NCBI GenBank assembly: GCA_910576925.1
Contig: CAJTKB010000005.1
Span: 3,139-67,138 of the forward strand
Reading direction: 5' to 3'
DNA length: 64,000 nt
DNA from: an uncultured Bacilli bacterium
GTDB taxonomy: Bacteria; Bacillota_I; Bacilli_A; RF39; UBA660
In this document: positions 36,465 through 47,508 of the stretch, one piece after another
Numbering within the stretch: the stretch's first letter is position 1
How the letters are laid out: each line of letters begins with the position of its first letter
Notes under the pieces: generated by a model
Seen by the model: the letters and a program-made list of their open reading frames with translations, nothing else
What the model was told of the DNA's origin: nothing
The model's database searches: none
Made by a program: the position numbers and the translations under genes

Positions 36465-37250
36465 TTAAGAAAAAAAAGAGTATATTTTAACAAAAAGAGC
36501 TTGTCCGAAAGGAACTCTAATATTAAAACCAGGTTTAGCTTTCTCCATCTCTTCTACTATTCTATCTGAAAGACCTTTAAAACTCGTCTTTTCTATTAAC
36601 GAAAACAACTTTCTCTGTCTTTTATTTATATTTTCAATATTATTATAAAAATAACTATCTCTTTCTAAAAACTTATCTTTATTATCAATCATTACTTCAT
36701 TAAAACCAGTTTTATAAGCCCCAGGTTCTATTAAAGAAATAGTAATATTTTTATTTATTTTTTTTAGTTCTATATTAAGAGTTTTAACAAGTATTGATAA
36801 AGCAGCTTTTGAGGAAGTATAACAAGAAAGATATGGCAAAACTAACATACTAGTAAGAGAAGAAGTTACAAAAATTTTTCCTATCTTCTTATTATTACAA
36901 AAATTATTATATCCTCTTTTAACCACTTCCATTGTACCGAAAACATTTACCTCATAATTATTTCTTAATACATCTATATCCATTGCAAGAAGACTTCCAC
37001 CATAACCAACCCCAGCATGAGCCCATAACACGTCATAAGATAAAGTACTTAATAACTCTAAATCATGTTTATTTGTAATATCAAGCTTATATACCTGAAC
37101 CCTATCTCCATATATTTTAACTTTTTCCTTTAAACTATTTTCTTGGTTTTTCGTATGAACACATAAAATAACTTCATGGCCTCTTTTAATTAACTTATTA
37201 AAAGTAGCATATGCTATTCCACTTCTTGCCCCTGTTATTAAAACTTTCAT
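36465..37250 (-). CDS. Short-chain dehydrogenase/reductase (SDR)
   Basis: MKVLITGARSGIAYAT (TGxxxGxG) and YTSSKAAL (YxxxK). ATG at 37250 with an AGGTGA RBS; the ORF track extends 9 codons further upstream. Confidence 0.8.
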   Translation of the reverse strand: MKVLITGARSGIAYATFNKLIKRGHEVILCVHTKNQENSLKEKVKIYGDRVQVYKLDITNKHDLELLSTLSYDVLWAHAGVGYGGSLLAMDIDVLRNNYEVNVFGTMEVVKRGYNNFCNNKKIGKIFVTSSLTSMLVLPYLSCYTSSKAALSILVKTLNIELKKINKNITISLIEPGAYKTGFNEVMIDNKDKFLERDSYFYNNIENINKRQRKLFSLIEKTSFKGLSDRIVEEMEKAKPGFNIRVPFGQALFVKIYSFFS

Positions 37251-37295
37251 CTTATCACCTACAAATATTATTAACAAAAAAAGAAAAAATCAACA

Positions 37296-38576
37296 CTATT
37301 TATTTTTGCGTTGATTTTTCATAATTATAAAGGAAACTCCCTTTTTCTCGTTCTTAATCTTAATATCATAACCAATAATACTTAAGGTCTTTTTAACTAT
37401 TGAAAGACCAAGTCCAAATTCTCCTTTAATTCCCTTACGAAACGGAGTAAAAATTCCTTCAAGCAAATCATTGTCGATATTTGAACCATCATTATATAAT
37501 ATAAGTTTATTTTGTTTGGCAGTAATTTTTATTTTTTTATTAGCATATCTCATAAAGTTGTTTAATAAATTATCTAATATTGTTTCCCAGTGTTCAACTG
37601 TACCAACAAATGATAATTTATTATCTATATCCAAGATAAATTCTACATCCTTTCTTTTCCATTTAAATTTATCTACTTCATCTGTAAGTATTTTCTTAAT
37701 ATCTACTGGAACAATTTCAACTTTAGTATCTTTGAGATATTCTAATTTATTTAAGTAAAGAAGTGAGTGTACTTTATTTTCTAATTTATTTGTCTGTTCC
37801 TCAATGATTTTTAGAGCAACATTAGGCTCTTCCACTTCATCTGAGACAGCTTCTATATATGACTTTATAACGGTAAGAGGTGTTTTAAAATCATGTGAGA
37901 TATTTTGATACATTTGATTGCGATACTCCTCCTGATTTTTTAAGGATATTCGCATATCTTCAATTGCCAAACCAAGAGATTTTATTTCATCATCAATAAT
38001 AAAATCTATCTTATGGTTATAACTTGCATTATCAATATTGTCTATTTTATATTTTAATTTTTCTATCTTAAATACAATCATACTACTCCATATAACTAAG
38101 ATAAGTCCAATTATTAAAAACATTATCAAAACTATTGGAATAACAGTATTCAAAATTTCTTCTTTAGTTTGTCTAATATAAGAGTCTCCTGTTAGGGCAA
38201 CACGAATTACCCCTGAAGTTTGTATTTTATAATAATAATAGGTTTTATGTTTATAGATAAACTTTCCATAATCACTAGTTAAGTATTTTCTTAACTTATT
38301 TGTATCTTCAATTTCCAAAACATCAGACAAATTGTCACTATTTACAATCTTTCCATCTATTATATAAAGATAAGCAACTGTAGAATTAACTAATTCTTTA
38401 TTAAAATCTTGTTGCATTACTTTTAGGGGTTCACTTAAATAACTATATATATTTTTCTCAGCAACTGGTATTAATACTTTAGGAAGTACTACTCCAATTG
38501 ATATAAATAAAATTATAAAAACAGTTATTATTATATAGAATAGTTGACGACTTAAACTTATTTTTTTATAACTCAT
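37296..38576 (-). CDS. Sensor histidine kinase
   Basis: Two TMs flanking an extracellular domain, H-box ISHDFKTPLTVI, and a C-terminal HATPase region (NLLNNFMRYA...GLGLSIVK). Confidence 0.8.
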   Translation of the reverse strand: MSYKKISLSRQLFYIIITVFIILFISIGVVLPKVLIPVAEKNIYSYLSEPLKVMQQDFNKELVNSTVAYLYIIDGKIVNSDNLSDVLEIEDTNKLRKYLTSDYGKFIYKHKTYYYYKIQTSGVIRVALTGDSYIRQTKEEILNTVIPIVLIMFLIIGLILVIWSSMIVFKIEKLKYKIDNIDNASYNHKIDFIIDDEIKSLGLAIEDMRISLKNQEEYRNQMYQNISHDFKTPLTVIKSYIEAVSDEVEEPNVALKIIEEQTNKLENKVHSLLYLNKLEYLKDTKVEIVPVDIKKILTDEVDKFKWKRKDVEFILDIDNKLSFVGTVEHWETILDNLLNNFMRYANKKIKITAKQNKLILYNDGSNIDNDLLEGIFTPFRKGIKGEFGLGLSIVKKTLSIIGYDIKIKNEKKGVSFIIMKNQRKNK

Positions 38577-39232
38577 GATAGCCTATACCCATAACCATAA
38601 ATTGTACTAATTTTAAGCTTTGGCATCTTCTTTCTAAGACGCCGTACAAGATCATCTACCACTCTATCTGTACCAAAATAGTCAACTCCCCAAACTTGCT
38701 GTAAAATTTCATCTCTAGAGAAACCTTTACCAATATTATTAAGAAATAGGAGTAATAAATCAAATTCTAAGGTAGTAAGATTTAAAATTTTAGTTTCTCT
38801 ATAAGCAATTCTTTTTTCAATATCTACTTTGTAAATATCATAATCAATTTGTTTAACATCTTCACATTTATATACTCGCTTTATAATATTATTAACTCTT
38901 AAAACGAGTTCTTTACTAGAATAAGGTTTAGTTATATAATCGTCACTTCCAAGTTCAAGTCCAAGTATCTTATCAAGTTCTTGATCCCTAGCAGATGTAA
39001 ATATTACAGGAACATTTTCATCTACTTTCCTAATAGCACCGATTATATCATAGCCATTAATATCATCTCCTAACATTATATCAAGAATCCACAAATCTAC
39101 TTTACAACCAATATAATTTATGGCATCATTTCCTTTTGTAAAGCAAATAACTTTATAGCCTGCTTTTTCTAAATATAGTTTTACTAAATTGGAAAGATCT
39201 ATTTCATCTTCTACTAAACATATTGTATACAC
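38573..39232 (-). CDS. OmpR-family response regulator
   Basis: Receiver domain (LVEDE...DIMLGDD) and a C-terminal winged-helix (DRVVDDLVRRLRKK...YGYGYRL). Overlaps the kinase gene by 4 nt. Confidence 0.85.
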   Translation of the reverse strand: MYTICLVEDEIDLSNLVKLYLEKAGYKVICFTKGNDAINYIGCKVDLWILDIMLGDDINGYDIIGAIRKVDENVPVIFTSARDQELDKILGLELGSDDYITKPYSSKELVLRVNNIIKRVYKCEDVKQIDYDIYKVDIEKRIAYRETKILNLTTLEFDLLLLFLNNIGKGFSRDEILQQVWGVDYFGTDRVVDDLVRRLRKKMPKLKISTIYGYGYRLS

Positions 39233-39609
39233 AAAATCACCTACTAATTATAGTATAACATACTTTAATTTATCTGTATTATCACCTCCAAATATTTATG
39301 TATTTATTAAATATAAGTTAATTTCAAAAAACATTTTATCTTCTTCTTATAAGCATCATCTCCCTTTGACACTTTAATAATATCTAAAAATTATAGAATA
39401 AATATAAAAAAAATATGGGAAATTATGGGATTATAAATATATTCATATTATATATTTGATCAAATACTAGTTATAGTAAAAGAAAACAATTTGTTAATTA
39501 CTATATTCTTAATTAAACTATAACTTCAATTTTTATTATTATAAAGTATTTATTGTACCTTTCTTATACAAAAAAAATCCCTAAGACTTAGTTTTAAGGA
39601 AAATTTTTT

Positions 39610-40164
39610 TCATTGCATATTACTATTTTGATCATTCAGTTGTGCATTAGGATCTTTACTATTATCTATTAATGGTTGCATTAGTTGAGAATTCATATCA
39701 AATGATGATTGAGAATTCTGATTTGAAACTGTTCCTAATGTATTATAACTTGGCTGCATAGATTCATTCTGTTGATTATTAATAACATTTCCATTTTTCA
39801 AACGAACATATTTAACAATCGCATAAACAAATAATCCAATAATTCCTAGTCTATACAATATAGACACAATAGAGTTTAAAGCTCCTGGTAAAATAGAATG
39901 AGTTGTAGTCACTCCATTAATAGTAGTTGTAGTATTTGCAGTTAATATAGAACAAGCAACTAGAATCCAACCTACTGTCTTATTTACTGTTAACTTACCA
40001 AGCAAATAAATATTACAAATAGGAATCCAAGCTAAAGCTGTTCCCTTCCCATACATTAATTTATTAAGTTTACTTAAAAATATAGCCAATGCAACATATA
40101 TTACTATTATTACTATAATAAATATAAGAAAAAGCCCCATAAAAGCCCCTAAAATTGTTTCCAT
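39610..40164 (-). CDS. Membrane protein with a Q/N-rich C-terminal tail, function unknown
   Basis: 184 aa with three or four TMs. Confidence 0.5.
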   Translation of the reverse strand: METILGAFMGLFLIFIIVIIVIYVALAIFLSKLNKLMYGKGTALAWIPICNIYLLGKLTVNKTVGWILVACSILTANTTTTINGVTTTHSILPGALNSIVSILYRLGIIGLFVYAIVKYVRLKNGNVINNQQNESMQPSYNTLGTVSNQNSQSSFDMNSQLMQPLIDNSKDPNAQLNDQNSNMQ

Positions 40165-40562
40165 AAATCATACTCCTTTACTATTTATAATATAATATAA
40201 ATTTATAACTAATTCAATTCAAATTAACATATTGTATACTATAAATTAACCTTTTAATAAAAAATACTATAACAAAAATTTCTATCCTCTAAATAATACA
40301 AGCATATATACCATTACTTTCTAAGTTAAACAAGAAACTATCTATAAATATCAAATAATACTAAAAATTTTCTTACATTAGAAAAAATTTTCAAGATAAA
40401 TAAAAAAATACCAGATTTACTAATATATGTTATAACATACTAGTACTGATATTATCTCAATAATCGATTCACTGCCAAAACTTTAATCTTCAAGTTAATA
40501 ATGATAATAAGTATTAACAAAAAATCAATAATAAATTAAATAATAAAAATAATACTAAAAAA

Positions 40563-41867
40563 TTATTCAAATAACCTTTTATATGCATTTATTAAATGAG
40601 AAACTGGAGCACATCCCATAAAGCATATAACAGCATTATCTATATTTTTTAATTTATCAATTGATTCATCTCCAATTATTTCAGCTCCTTCAATCTTATC
40701 CGTTATAATATGTGAACTTATTCCTGGATAATCCTCACTATTTTCTCTATTACAATCTATTTCTGTTAAATAAACCTTATCAGCATCTTTTAATACTTCA
40801 ACAAATTCATTTGTAAAATCTCTTGTTCTAGAATAAGTATTAGGAACAAAAATTGCAATAATTTTTTTATCCTTATATTTTTCTCTCACAGCATCAAGTA
40901 CTGATTTTATTTCAGTTGGATGATGAGCATAATCATCAATTATAATATTAGAACCAACTATCTCCTCAGCAAAACGTCTTTTAGCATTTTTAAAAGTTGA
41001 AAGTAAATTCTTTATATCTTCTACTTCTATTCCTTGATTTAAACAAGTAATTATAGCAGCAGTAGCATCTAAAATCATTGGTTTTCCAAAAAGAGGAATA
41101 TTAAAAGTACCAATCAGTTCACTACCCTCATATAAGTCGAATCTACTACCATCTTGTGTTGTTTCTTTACCTCTTATAATATAATCATTATCATTATTAA
41201 AACCATAATAAATTATAGGAATATCACACTTTAATTTTCTAACATTTATATCATCACCGCAAGCTATTACTTTTTCTTTAGTATGACTTACAAACTCACT
41301 AAAAGTATCTATAATATCATCTAAATCCTTATAACATTCCATATGTTCTCTTTCAATATTAGTAATTATTGAATACTTAGATTCATACGTTAAAAAATGC
41401 TTATTAAATTCATCTGATTCTATTACAAACAACTTATTATTCTTCGTAACCTTACCATCACCTGCACCTATAAAATAATTGCAACCAATAGTATTATTTA
41501 TAATATGTTTAATTAATGAGGAAGTTGTAGTTTTACCATGTGTTCCAGCAACTGCAATAGTATCAAACATCTTAGTAATTTCACCAACTACTTCATTATA
41601 TTTCTTTATTTTAAGACCTAATTGTCTTGCTCTTTGTAACTCATGATGATCTTCTCCCATTGCAACAGAATATGTTACAATCACATCTTTTTCTAATATA
41701 TGTTTACTATCTGAATAAATTCTTATTCCTCTATCATCTAACCCTTTTTGTGTAAATTTATAATCTAAAACATCATCATAACCAAATACATCATATTCTA
41801 AATCATAAAGTATCTGTGCAAGAGAACTCATACCAGTCCCTTTTATTCCCAAACAATAATATTTCAT
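40563..41867 (-). CDS. murC: UDP-N-acetylmuramate--L-alanine ligase
   Basis: MKYYCLGIKGTGMSSLAQIL and AVAGTHGKTTTSSLI (Mur ligase P-loop). GGAGG RBS before the ATG at 41867; the ORF track starts 6 codons earlier at a GTG. Confidence 0.8.
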   Translation of the reverse strand: MKYYCLGIKGTGMSSLAQILYDLEYDVFGYDDVLDYKFTQKGLDDRGIRIYSDSKHILEKDVIVTYSVAMGEDHHELQRARQLGLKIKKYNEVVGEITKMFDTIAVAGTHGKTTTSSLIKHIINNTIGCNYFIGAGDGKVTKNNKLFVIESDEFNKHFLTYESKYSIITNIEREHMECYKDLDDIIDTFSEFVSHTKEKVIACGDDINVRKLKCDIPIIYYGFNNDNDYIIRGKETTQDGSRFDLYEGSELIGTFNIPLFGKPMILDATAAIITCLNQGIEVEDIKNLLSTFKNAKRRFAEEIVGSNIIIDDYAHHPTEIKSVLDAVREKYKDKKIIAIFVPNTYSRTRDFTNEFVEVLKDADKVYLTEIDCNRENSEDYPGISSHIITDKIEGAEIIGDESIDKLKNIDNAVICFMGCAPVSHLINAYKRLFE

Positions 41868-41922
41868 AATACTCCTTCTTCCCACTTAATATAATCTATG
41901 AAAAATAGTTATTAAATATTAT

Positions 41923-42774
41923 TTAATTAGTAACTCTTCTAATTGCCACAATATCTCTATATTTAGCATTAGCACTTATTTTAATACCATCTCTTTCATT
42001 ACTAGCATGAATAATTTTCATTCCATCTCCCATGAACAATGCAACGTGCCCATTATAACAAATTATATCTCCAGCACGAGCCTGTGATATATCAGATACT
42101 GCTTCTCCAACAGTTCTAAGACTTGTAGAATTTCTGGGAACATTTATATTAAAATTTTTATAAATTAAATGAATAAACCCACTACAATCAGTCCCTGCAG
42201 TTAAACTATTCCCACCATATACATAAGGATTACCAACAAACTTTTTAGCATACTCGATAACACTACTACCAGCAGTCGTATTTACTCCACTAGAAGAATC
42301 TCCTCCTGAAATACCTCCAGAATTAGTATAATTATTACTACCAAGTATTGCTTTATTTTTAGATGCTTCTGCTGATATTGTAGAACTAAGTGAACCACCT
42401 GCATCTCTAACAGAATCCATAACATCCTGCTTTTCTTTTACTGAAGTCCAACAACTAGATAAATCAAGAGACACAATTGTTCCACTAGTTCCTATACCAA
42501 CATCTCCATACTCAGTAATTAAATCCATAGCTAAATTAATGATAACTGGAATAAAAAATACTATTATAGCAGACATAAAAGAATTAAATATTTTTTTCTT
42601 TCCTTTCTTATCATCATCTGGATTAATCATTAATTTAACAAATTGCCAAACTCCTACCACTAATAAAATAATGGGAACGACCATTTGGATTAAATCAAGA
42701 AATCTTCTAACGATTGTAAGTATAGATGCTAATACATAATCATCACATATTTCATTTGCCAATATTAAAAACAT
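41923..42774 (-). CDS. NlpC/P60-family cell-wall peptidase with an N-terminal membrane region
   Basis: GNPYVYGGNSLTAGTDCSGFIHLIY (catalytic Cys) and GHVALFMGDGMKIIHAS (His). Confidence 0.8.
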   Translation of the reverse strand: MFLILANEICDDYVLASILTIVRRFLDLIQMVVPIILLVVGVWQFVKLMINPDDDKKGKKKIFNSFMSAIIVFFIPVIINLAMDLITEYGDVGIGTSGTIVSLDLSSCWTSVKEKQDVMDSVRDAGGSLSSTISAEASKNKAILGSNNYTNSGGISGGDSSSGVNTTAGSSVIEYAKKFVGNPYVYGGNSLTAGTDCSGFIHLIYKNFNINVPRNSTSLRTVGEAVSDISQARAGDIICYNGHVALFMGDGMKIIHASNERDGIKISANAKYRDIVAIRRVTN

Positions 42775-42790
42775 TGTTACACCCCCAAAC

Positions 42791-43507
42791 TTATTTTACA
42801 ATAAACTTGAAATCATTTCTAGTATAATATTCTTCTTCACCATATATAGAAAATACAGAAAATGCTCTATAAACAACTAAATGCCCTTCTTCTATATAAT
42901 AATTTGCACCATCTATATAATTATCAATATTTCTCATTTCTAAAAAACATTTATAATCGCACTCTTCCTTTACGATAAAACCTTTTTCTACTTCATCACT
43001 ATATTTACTCTTCATAACACTAGCCATAACATCATTAACATCACTATATGTCATATCAAAACTTTTTACAATTTCATCATTTGTTAATAATTTACAACCT
43101 TTATTTAAATCAAATACATAAGTCTTAAAAGAATAAATCAATCTTTTTTCACTATCAATATCTCTAAACATCAATACAACTGATAAAATATTTCTATTTT
43201 GATTATACCTATATGTCACAGTTTTATTAATATCTTTAGAAACTAAATATTCTTTAGAGATTTTCTCTATTTCCTCATTTACTGCTTTAGCATAATCTCC
43301 TACTATATTGATATATGGAATTACTGCCTTATTAGTACTTGATGAATATTTAGTATATACATACCCTTTTCCTTCATCAATTCTATAACCATTATACTTT
43401 GCTTTATTAAAATATCTAAACATAAATAAAATAAAAGCTACAACTAATATTATACATAAAATAACAAGTAATTTTTTATTTATTTCAATACTTTTACGTT
43501 TAATCAT
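42791..43507 (-). CDS. N-terminally anchored hypothetical protein
   Basis: Start moved to the internal Met (MIKRKSIEINKK...) to avoid overlapping the methyltransferase gene. The ORF track extends to 43576. Confidence 0.5.
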   Translation of the reverse strand: MIKRKSIEINKKLLVILCIILVVAFILFMFRYFNKAKYNGYRIDEGKGYVYTKYSSSTNKAVIPYINIVGDYAKAVNEEIEKISKEYLVSKDINKTVTYRYNQNRNILSVVLMFRDIDSEKRLIYSFKTYVFDLNKGCKLLTNDEIVKSFDMTYSDVNDVMASVMKSKYSDEVEKGFIVKEECDYKCFLEMRNIDNYIDGANYYIEEGHLVVYRAFSVFSIYGEEEYYTRNDFKFIVK

Positions 43508-43511
43508 AAAA

Positions 43512-44099
43512 TCATTTCCTTTTACTAACAGATACTCCATCACCAAGCTTATAAAATATTGTTTCATATTTATCATTATTATTTAAAAAATCAATATAAT
43601 CTTTTATCTTTCTTACAAGAGCTTTTATATTCTTACTACCTATATCCTCTATATTCATTGAAACATATCCATGAAAATCTAAATTATCAGTAATAATATA
43701 ACCATTATCACATAAATTATTTTCATATTTCAAAAATAATTTTTTATTTTGTGCTTTAGCAGCATCTATAAAAATAAGATCAAACTTATCAGTAATTTCT
43801 ACATCTAAAGCATCCCCAAATATCAAAGTTATTTTATCAGCTAACTGTAATTGGTCAATATTCTTCAAAGCTTCCAAATATCTTTCCTTATCTCTTTCAA
43901 TTGAAACTACTTTAACATTATCAAAACTAGAAGCCATTCTAATTGCAGAATATCCTATAGCAGTACCTATTTCTAAAATATTTTGAATATTTTTTTCTTT
44001 TATAAATTCAAGAATAAATTCTATTCCATCTCTTTGCATAATAGGAATATTATTAATTTTAGCATATTCTTCTAGTTCTTTAATTTTATTATCTACCAT
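43512..44099 (-). CDS. Class I SAM-dependent O-methyltransferase (YrrM-like)
   Basis: ILEIGTAIGYSAIRMA (SAM motif I) and DLIFIDAAKAQ. It holds the position YrrM has in the Bacillus yrrK-yrzB-yrrL-yrrM cluster. Confidence 0.75.
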   Translation of the reverse strand: MVDNKIKELEEYAKINNIPIMQRDGIEFILEFIKEKNIQNILEIGTAIGYSAIRMASSFDNVKVVSIERDKERYLEALKNIDQLQLADKITLIFGDALDVEITDKFDLIFIDAAKAQNKKLFLKYENNLCDNGYIITDNLDFHGYVSMNIEDIGSKNIKALVRKIKDYIDFLNNNDKYETIFYKLGDGVSVSKRK

Positions 44100-45175
44100 A
44101 TCCAGTTACCTGCCTCTTTTATCTCCTGTACCTTCTTTAAATGTTCACCATTTGTCTTAGTATAATATATATTACCAAGCTTGTCTGCTACAAAGTATAA
44201 ATAAGAACTATTAGTTGGTTTTAAAGCTGATTTTAAAGATGATAAAGATGGCATACAAATTGGTCCAACAGGTAATCCTATTAAATTTTTACTTCTAGTA
44301 TTATATGGATTATATTTTTCAAACTCACTAGTAGTTAGATCACCAGTCATTGGTTTTTGAAAAGCATAATAAGTAGTAACATCACTTCCCAAATTCATAG
44401 CCTTACTAAGCCTATTCTCAAATATTCCAGCAATCATACTCCTATTTTCATCATTTGTACCCTCAAGTTCAAGCATACTAGCAAGAGTAATGAATTCGTG
44501 TAATGTATGTCTACTATTTAGAGAAATATCAAGACTATCAAGCATTTCCTTTTCTCTATCTAACATTTTTTCAATAATTGTTTTAACTGAAACATCTTTA
44601 TTAATAAACTCATAAGTATCTGGAAACAAATAACCTTCTAATGAGTAATATATATCATCATTTAAAATATCTTCTGTTAAGAAATAATACTTTTCTATTA
44701 AACTCTTAAGATACTCTTTATCATTAACTGTATTAATAACATCATCATATGAATTACTTGTTTCTTTACTTATCAACTCAGCATAATCTGTAATTCTATA
44801 GCCCTCTTTAAAAGTAAGTCTTATAACACCTTTATTTAAAGTATTGCCTCTACATACTTGCTCAAGTATCTCTGACAAGTTCATACTTTTTCTAAATTCA
44901 TAAGTAGCAGCTTTCAAAGACTTACAATTATTTAGTTTGGAATATAAAAGGAAAAAGTCACCATTCCTAATAACACCTCTTTTTTCTAATAACTTTCCAA
45001 TCCCTCTAGAAGACATTCCACTTTCTACTTCAACTTCTATAATAGAATTTGAATTTTTATCTACAGGGCTTGCTAAATAACAGTAAATTACACTTGTTGA
45101 AATTAAAAATAGCCCTAATAATACAAGTATCACTATAGTTATTCCTACCTTTTTTTTAACTTTTTTTCTTGCCAT
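44093..45175 (-). CDS. mltG: Endolytic murein transglycosylase MltG (YceG family)
   Basis: N-terminal TM, then LIGLPVGPICMPSLSSLKSALKP and YLYFVA, YceG-family signatures. Confidence 0.8.
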   Translation of the reverse strand: MARKKVKKKVGITIVILVLLGLFLISTSVIYCYLASPVDKNSNSIIEVEVESGMSSRGIGKLLEKRGVIRNGDFFLLYSKLNNCKSLKAATYEFRKSMNLSEILEQVCRGNTLNKGVIRLTFKEGYRITDYAELISKETSNSYDDVINTVNDKEYLKSLIEKYYFLTEDILNDDIYYSLEGYLFPDTYEFINKDVSVKTIIEKMLDREKEMLDSLDISLNSRHTLHEFITLASMLELEGTNDENRSMIAGIFENRLSKAMNLGSDVTTYYAFQKPMTGDLTTSEFEKYNPYNTRSKNLIGLPVGPICMPSLSSLKSALKPTNSSYLYFVADKLGNIYYTKTNGEHLKKVQEIKEAGNWIW

Positions 45176-45195
45176 ATTAGTCCCCTTTTATCTAA

Positions 45196-45480
45196 TTATT
45201 GTTTGTCAGTAGAGTTTTCTCTAAGTTCTTCTTGAATAGTATTTAATATAGTTTCAATTACTTTCCATTCCTTATCAGTTTCAATCGCCTCTAATCTAGG
45301 ACTACTTTCTTCAGGATGATAAATTGAAGCATAAACAACTACGTTTCCTTCTTCATCTTTTGAATTATCAGTATATACTATATAATTTTTTAAATTTTCT
45401 TCGCCTTGAAAAGTAAATAAAACATCATATTTTGTTTCAATACCATCCTCATTTTTCATAATAAAACTATTTTCTTCCAT
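45196..45480 (-). CDS. DUF1292-family protein (YrzB-like)
   Basis: 94 aa, acidic, located between ruvX and mltG as in other Firmicutes. Confidence 0.7.
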   Translation of the reverse strand: MEENSFIMKNEDGIETKYDVLFTFQGEENLKNYIVYTDNSKDEEGNVVVYASIYHPEESSPRLEAIETDKEWKVIETILNTIQEELRENSTDKQ

Positions 45481-45485
45481 CTCTA

Positions 45486-45902
45486 TTAATTTCCTTTCTT
45501 ATTCAAAAAGCTTTGTAATATTATAGTAGCGGCCAAACTATCAATTACTTTTTTTCTTTTTTTCCTAGACGTATCATTTTGAAGTAATATATTAGTAGCT
45601 TCTCTGGTAGTAAGTCTCTCATCCTCCAAATAAACTGGTATCTTAATTTTTTCTTCAAGCCTCTTTTTAAACTCTTCACTAAGTATTGCTTTTTCTCCTA
45701 TTGTATTGTTCATATTCTTTGGATACCCTAAAACTATACCATCAACTTTTTCTTCTAAAACAAGCTTAGAAACCTCTTCTATTAGAAAATCATAATTTTC
45801 ATTATGTCTGATTATCTTCATACTTCTAGCAACAATTCCTAGTTTATCAGAAATTGCAATTCCCAAAGTTTTTGAACCTAAATCAAGTCCCAAATAACGC
45901 AT
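45486..45902 (-). CDS. ruvX: Putative pre-16S rRNA nuclease / Holliday junction resolvase-like YqgF
   Basis: MRYLGLDLGSKTLGIAISD, the canonical N-terminus. Confidence 0.85.
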   Translation of the reverse strand: MRYLGLDLGSKTLGIAISDKLGIVARSMKIIRHNENYDFLIEEVSKLVLEEKVDGIVLGYPKNMNNTIGEKAILSEEFKKRLEEKIKIPVYLEDERLTTREATNILLQNDTSRKKRKKVIDSLAATIILQSFLNKKGN

Positions 45903-46153
45903 TATCTCTTTTTTTGAAACTCCTCTAATAAAACTTCTACAATCTTAGCTCTATCCATACTTTGCATCTTTTTTCTTGCATCTCTATGACTAGAAATATA
46001 ACCCAAATCTCCACTTATTAAGTAACCTACTATTTGATTAGTTGGATTATATCCTCTCTCTTTTAAAGCTTCATAAACTTCTTTTAATGTATAACGTATT
46101 TCCTCTACGTTCATATCTTCTATATGAAATAAACAAGTCTCTTCTAAACTCAT
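45902..46153 (-). CDS. ireB: UPF0297 / IreB-family regulatory protein
   Basis: 83 aa with NPTNQIVGYLISGDLGYISSHRDAR. Confidence 0.75.
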   Translation of the reverse strand: MSLEETCLFHIEDMNVEEIRYTLKEVYEALKERGYNPTNQIVGYLISGDLGYISSHRDARKKMQSMDRAKIVEVLLEEFQKKR

Positions 46154-46214
46154 AATATATCACCTCGCTACAATTACTTCTATTCTATCATCAATTAAAA
46201 AAATTAGCAAATTA

Positions 46215-47363
46215 TTATATTATTTTAGACATATATAATAAAAATACTAAATACATAATTGACATTATAAAACCATTTATTTTTTCAAAAGTAGATGTTT
46301 TATACTTAACTCCTACAGCAATAGTAATCAAAAGACCACCAATAAGACCACCAATATGAGCAAAATTATCTATTCCAGTAATCATAAAACCTAAACATAA
46401 ATTAGTAACAATTAAAGGAACTATTTGCGTTCTTACAACATTTCCTAAATACACTCTATAATGATATCCAAAATATACTAAACTACCCATAAGACCAAAT
46501 ATTGCACCACTTGCTCCTACACTTATATTATTTCCTAAAAAGATAATAGACATAAGAGAAGATGCTATTGCACTAAACAAATAGATAACTAAAAATTTTA
46601 CTTTTCCTAAAAAGCTTTCTAATTGACGACCAATTACTAATAAAGCATAGCAATTAAACATTAAATGAAAAATATTAGCATGAATAAAGGCTGCACTTAA
46701 AAGTCTATAATAATCTCCACCTCTAACGTAAGGTCCAAAAAGGGAAAATTTTTCTATAAAATAATTACTTTGATTAAATAAAACTGGAATTAAATAGATA
46801 AAAATATTAAGAGCTATTAATAAAAATGTAATCATAGGATATTTCTGTTTAAATATCTCTTCTACTTTTTTATTATCTGTAACATTATGTTTATTTATAT
46901 CATTAGTTATTTTAATAAATAGTTGCATTCCTTCTTCTGTATAATCAAAAGTATCAATAATATCAGGGAAAGTTGATTTTATAATATCATTTTTTATAAT
47001 ATCATCTTCATCAGTCACTTTTAAACAAGTAATATCTTTAGCTGGAGACTCTTCTACTTCCTCATCTAAATCTAAAAATATACTAAGAGTATTTATTTTA
47101 AAAGACAATGTTCTAGATTTAATTTTTTTTACAATTCTCTTTGTTTTAAAAACATCAAATCCAAATTGTTCTTCATTTAAAATATGGCCAGACACAATTC
47201 TAACTATTTTATAATTTTCTTCCATATTTTCTAACCAAATTTCATTCTCAACACCTTGAAGTATTACAGGATTATAATTCTTTTTAGTAATAAAATAATG
47301 AAGTAATTTCATAACTAACATATTCTTATTATCTAATAAAGCTTCACTTATATTATTTTTCAA
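46215..47363 (-). CDS. Rhomboid-family intramembrane serine protease with an N-terminal cytoplasmic domain
   Basis: GASGAIFGLMG (GxSG) and AHIGGLIGG (catalytic His), with six C-terminal TMs. Confidence 0.8.
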   Translation of the reverse strand: MKNNISEALLDNKNMLVMKLLHYFITKKNYNPVILQGVENEIWLENMEENYKIVRIVSGHILNEEQFGFDVFKTKRIVKKIKSRTLSFKINTLSIFLDLDEEVEESPAKDITCLKVTDEDDIIKNDIIKSTFPDIIDTFDYTEEGMQLFIKITNDINKHNVTDNKKVEEIFKQKYPMITFLLIALNIFIYLIPVLFNQSNYFIEKFSLFGPYVRGGDYYRLLSAAFIHANIFHLMFNCYALLVIGRQLESFLGKVKFLVIYLFSAIASSLMSIIFLGNNISVGASGAIFGLMGSLVYFGYHYRVYLGNVVRTQIVPLIVTNLCLGFMITGIDNFAHIGGLIGGLLITIAVGVKYKTSTFEKINGFIMSIMYLVFLLYMSKII

Positions 47364-47508
47364 ATTATCCCCTCCTCCTGTAAATATATTATATACTATA
47401 AGTTAATTTTAGAAAAGAACATATGTGATGTTTTTCTAAAAAATAAAAAAACAATAAATAGCAAAAATTTTTCTATTATTGTTTTAAATAAGTTTATTTA
47501 TCTAAAAT

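Noticed and set aside
37471-37758. 95-aa plus-strand ORF
   Set aside because: Antisense to the histidine kinase gene.
39189-39377. 62-aa plus-strand ORF
   Set aside because: Overlaps the response regulator start. AT-rich intergenic artefact.
42539-42739. 66-aa plus-strand ORF
   Set aside because: Antisense within the NlpC/P60 gene.
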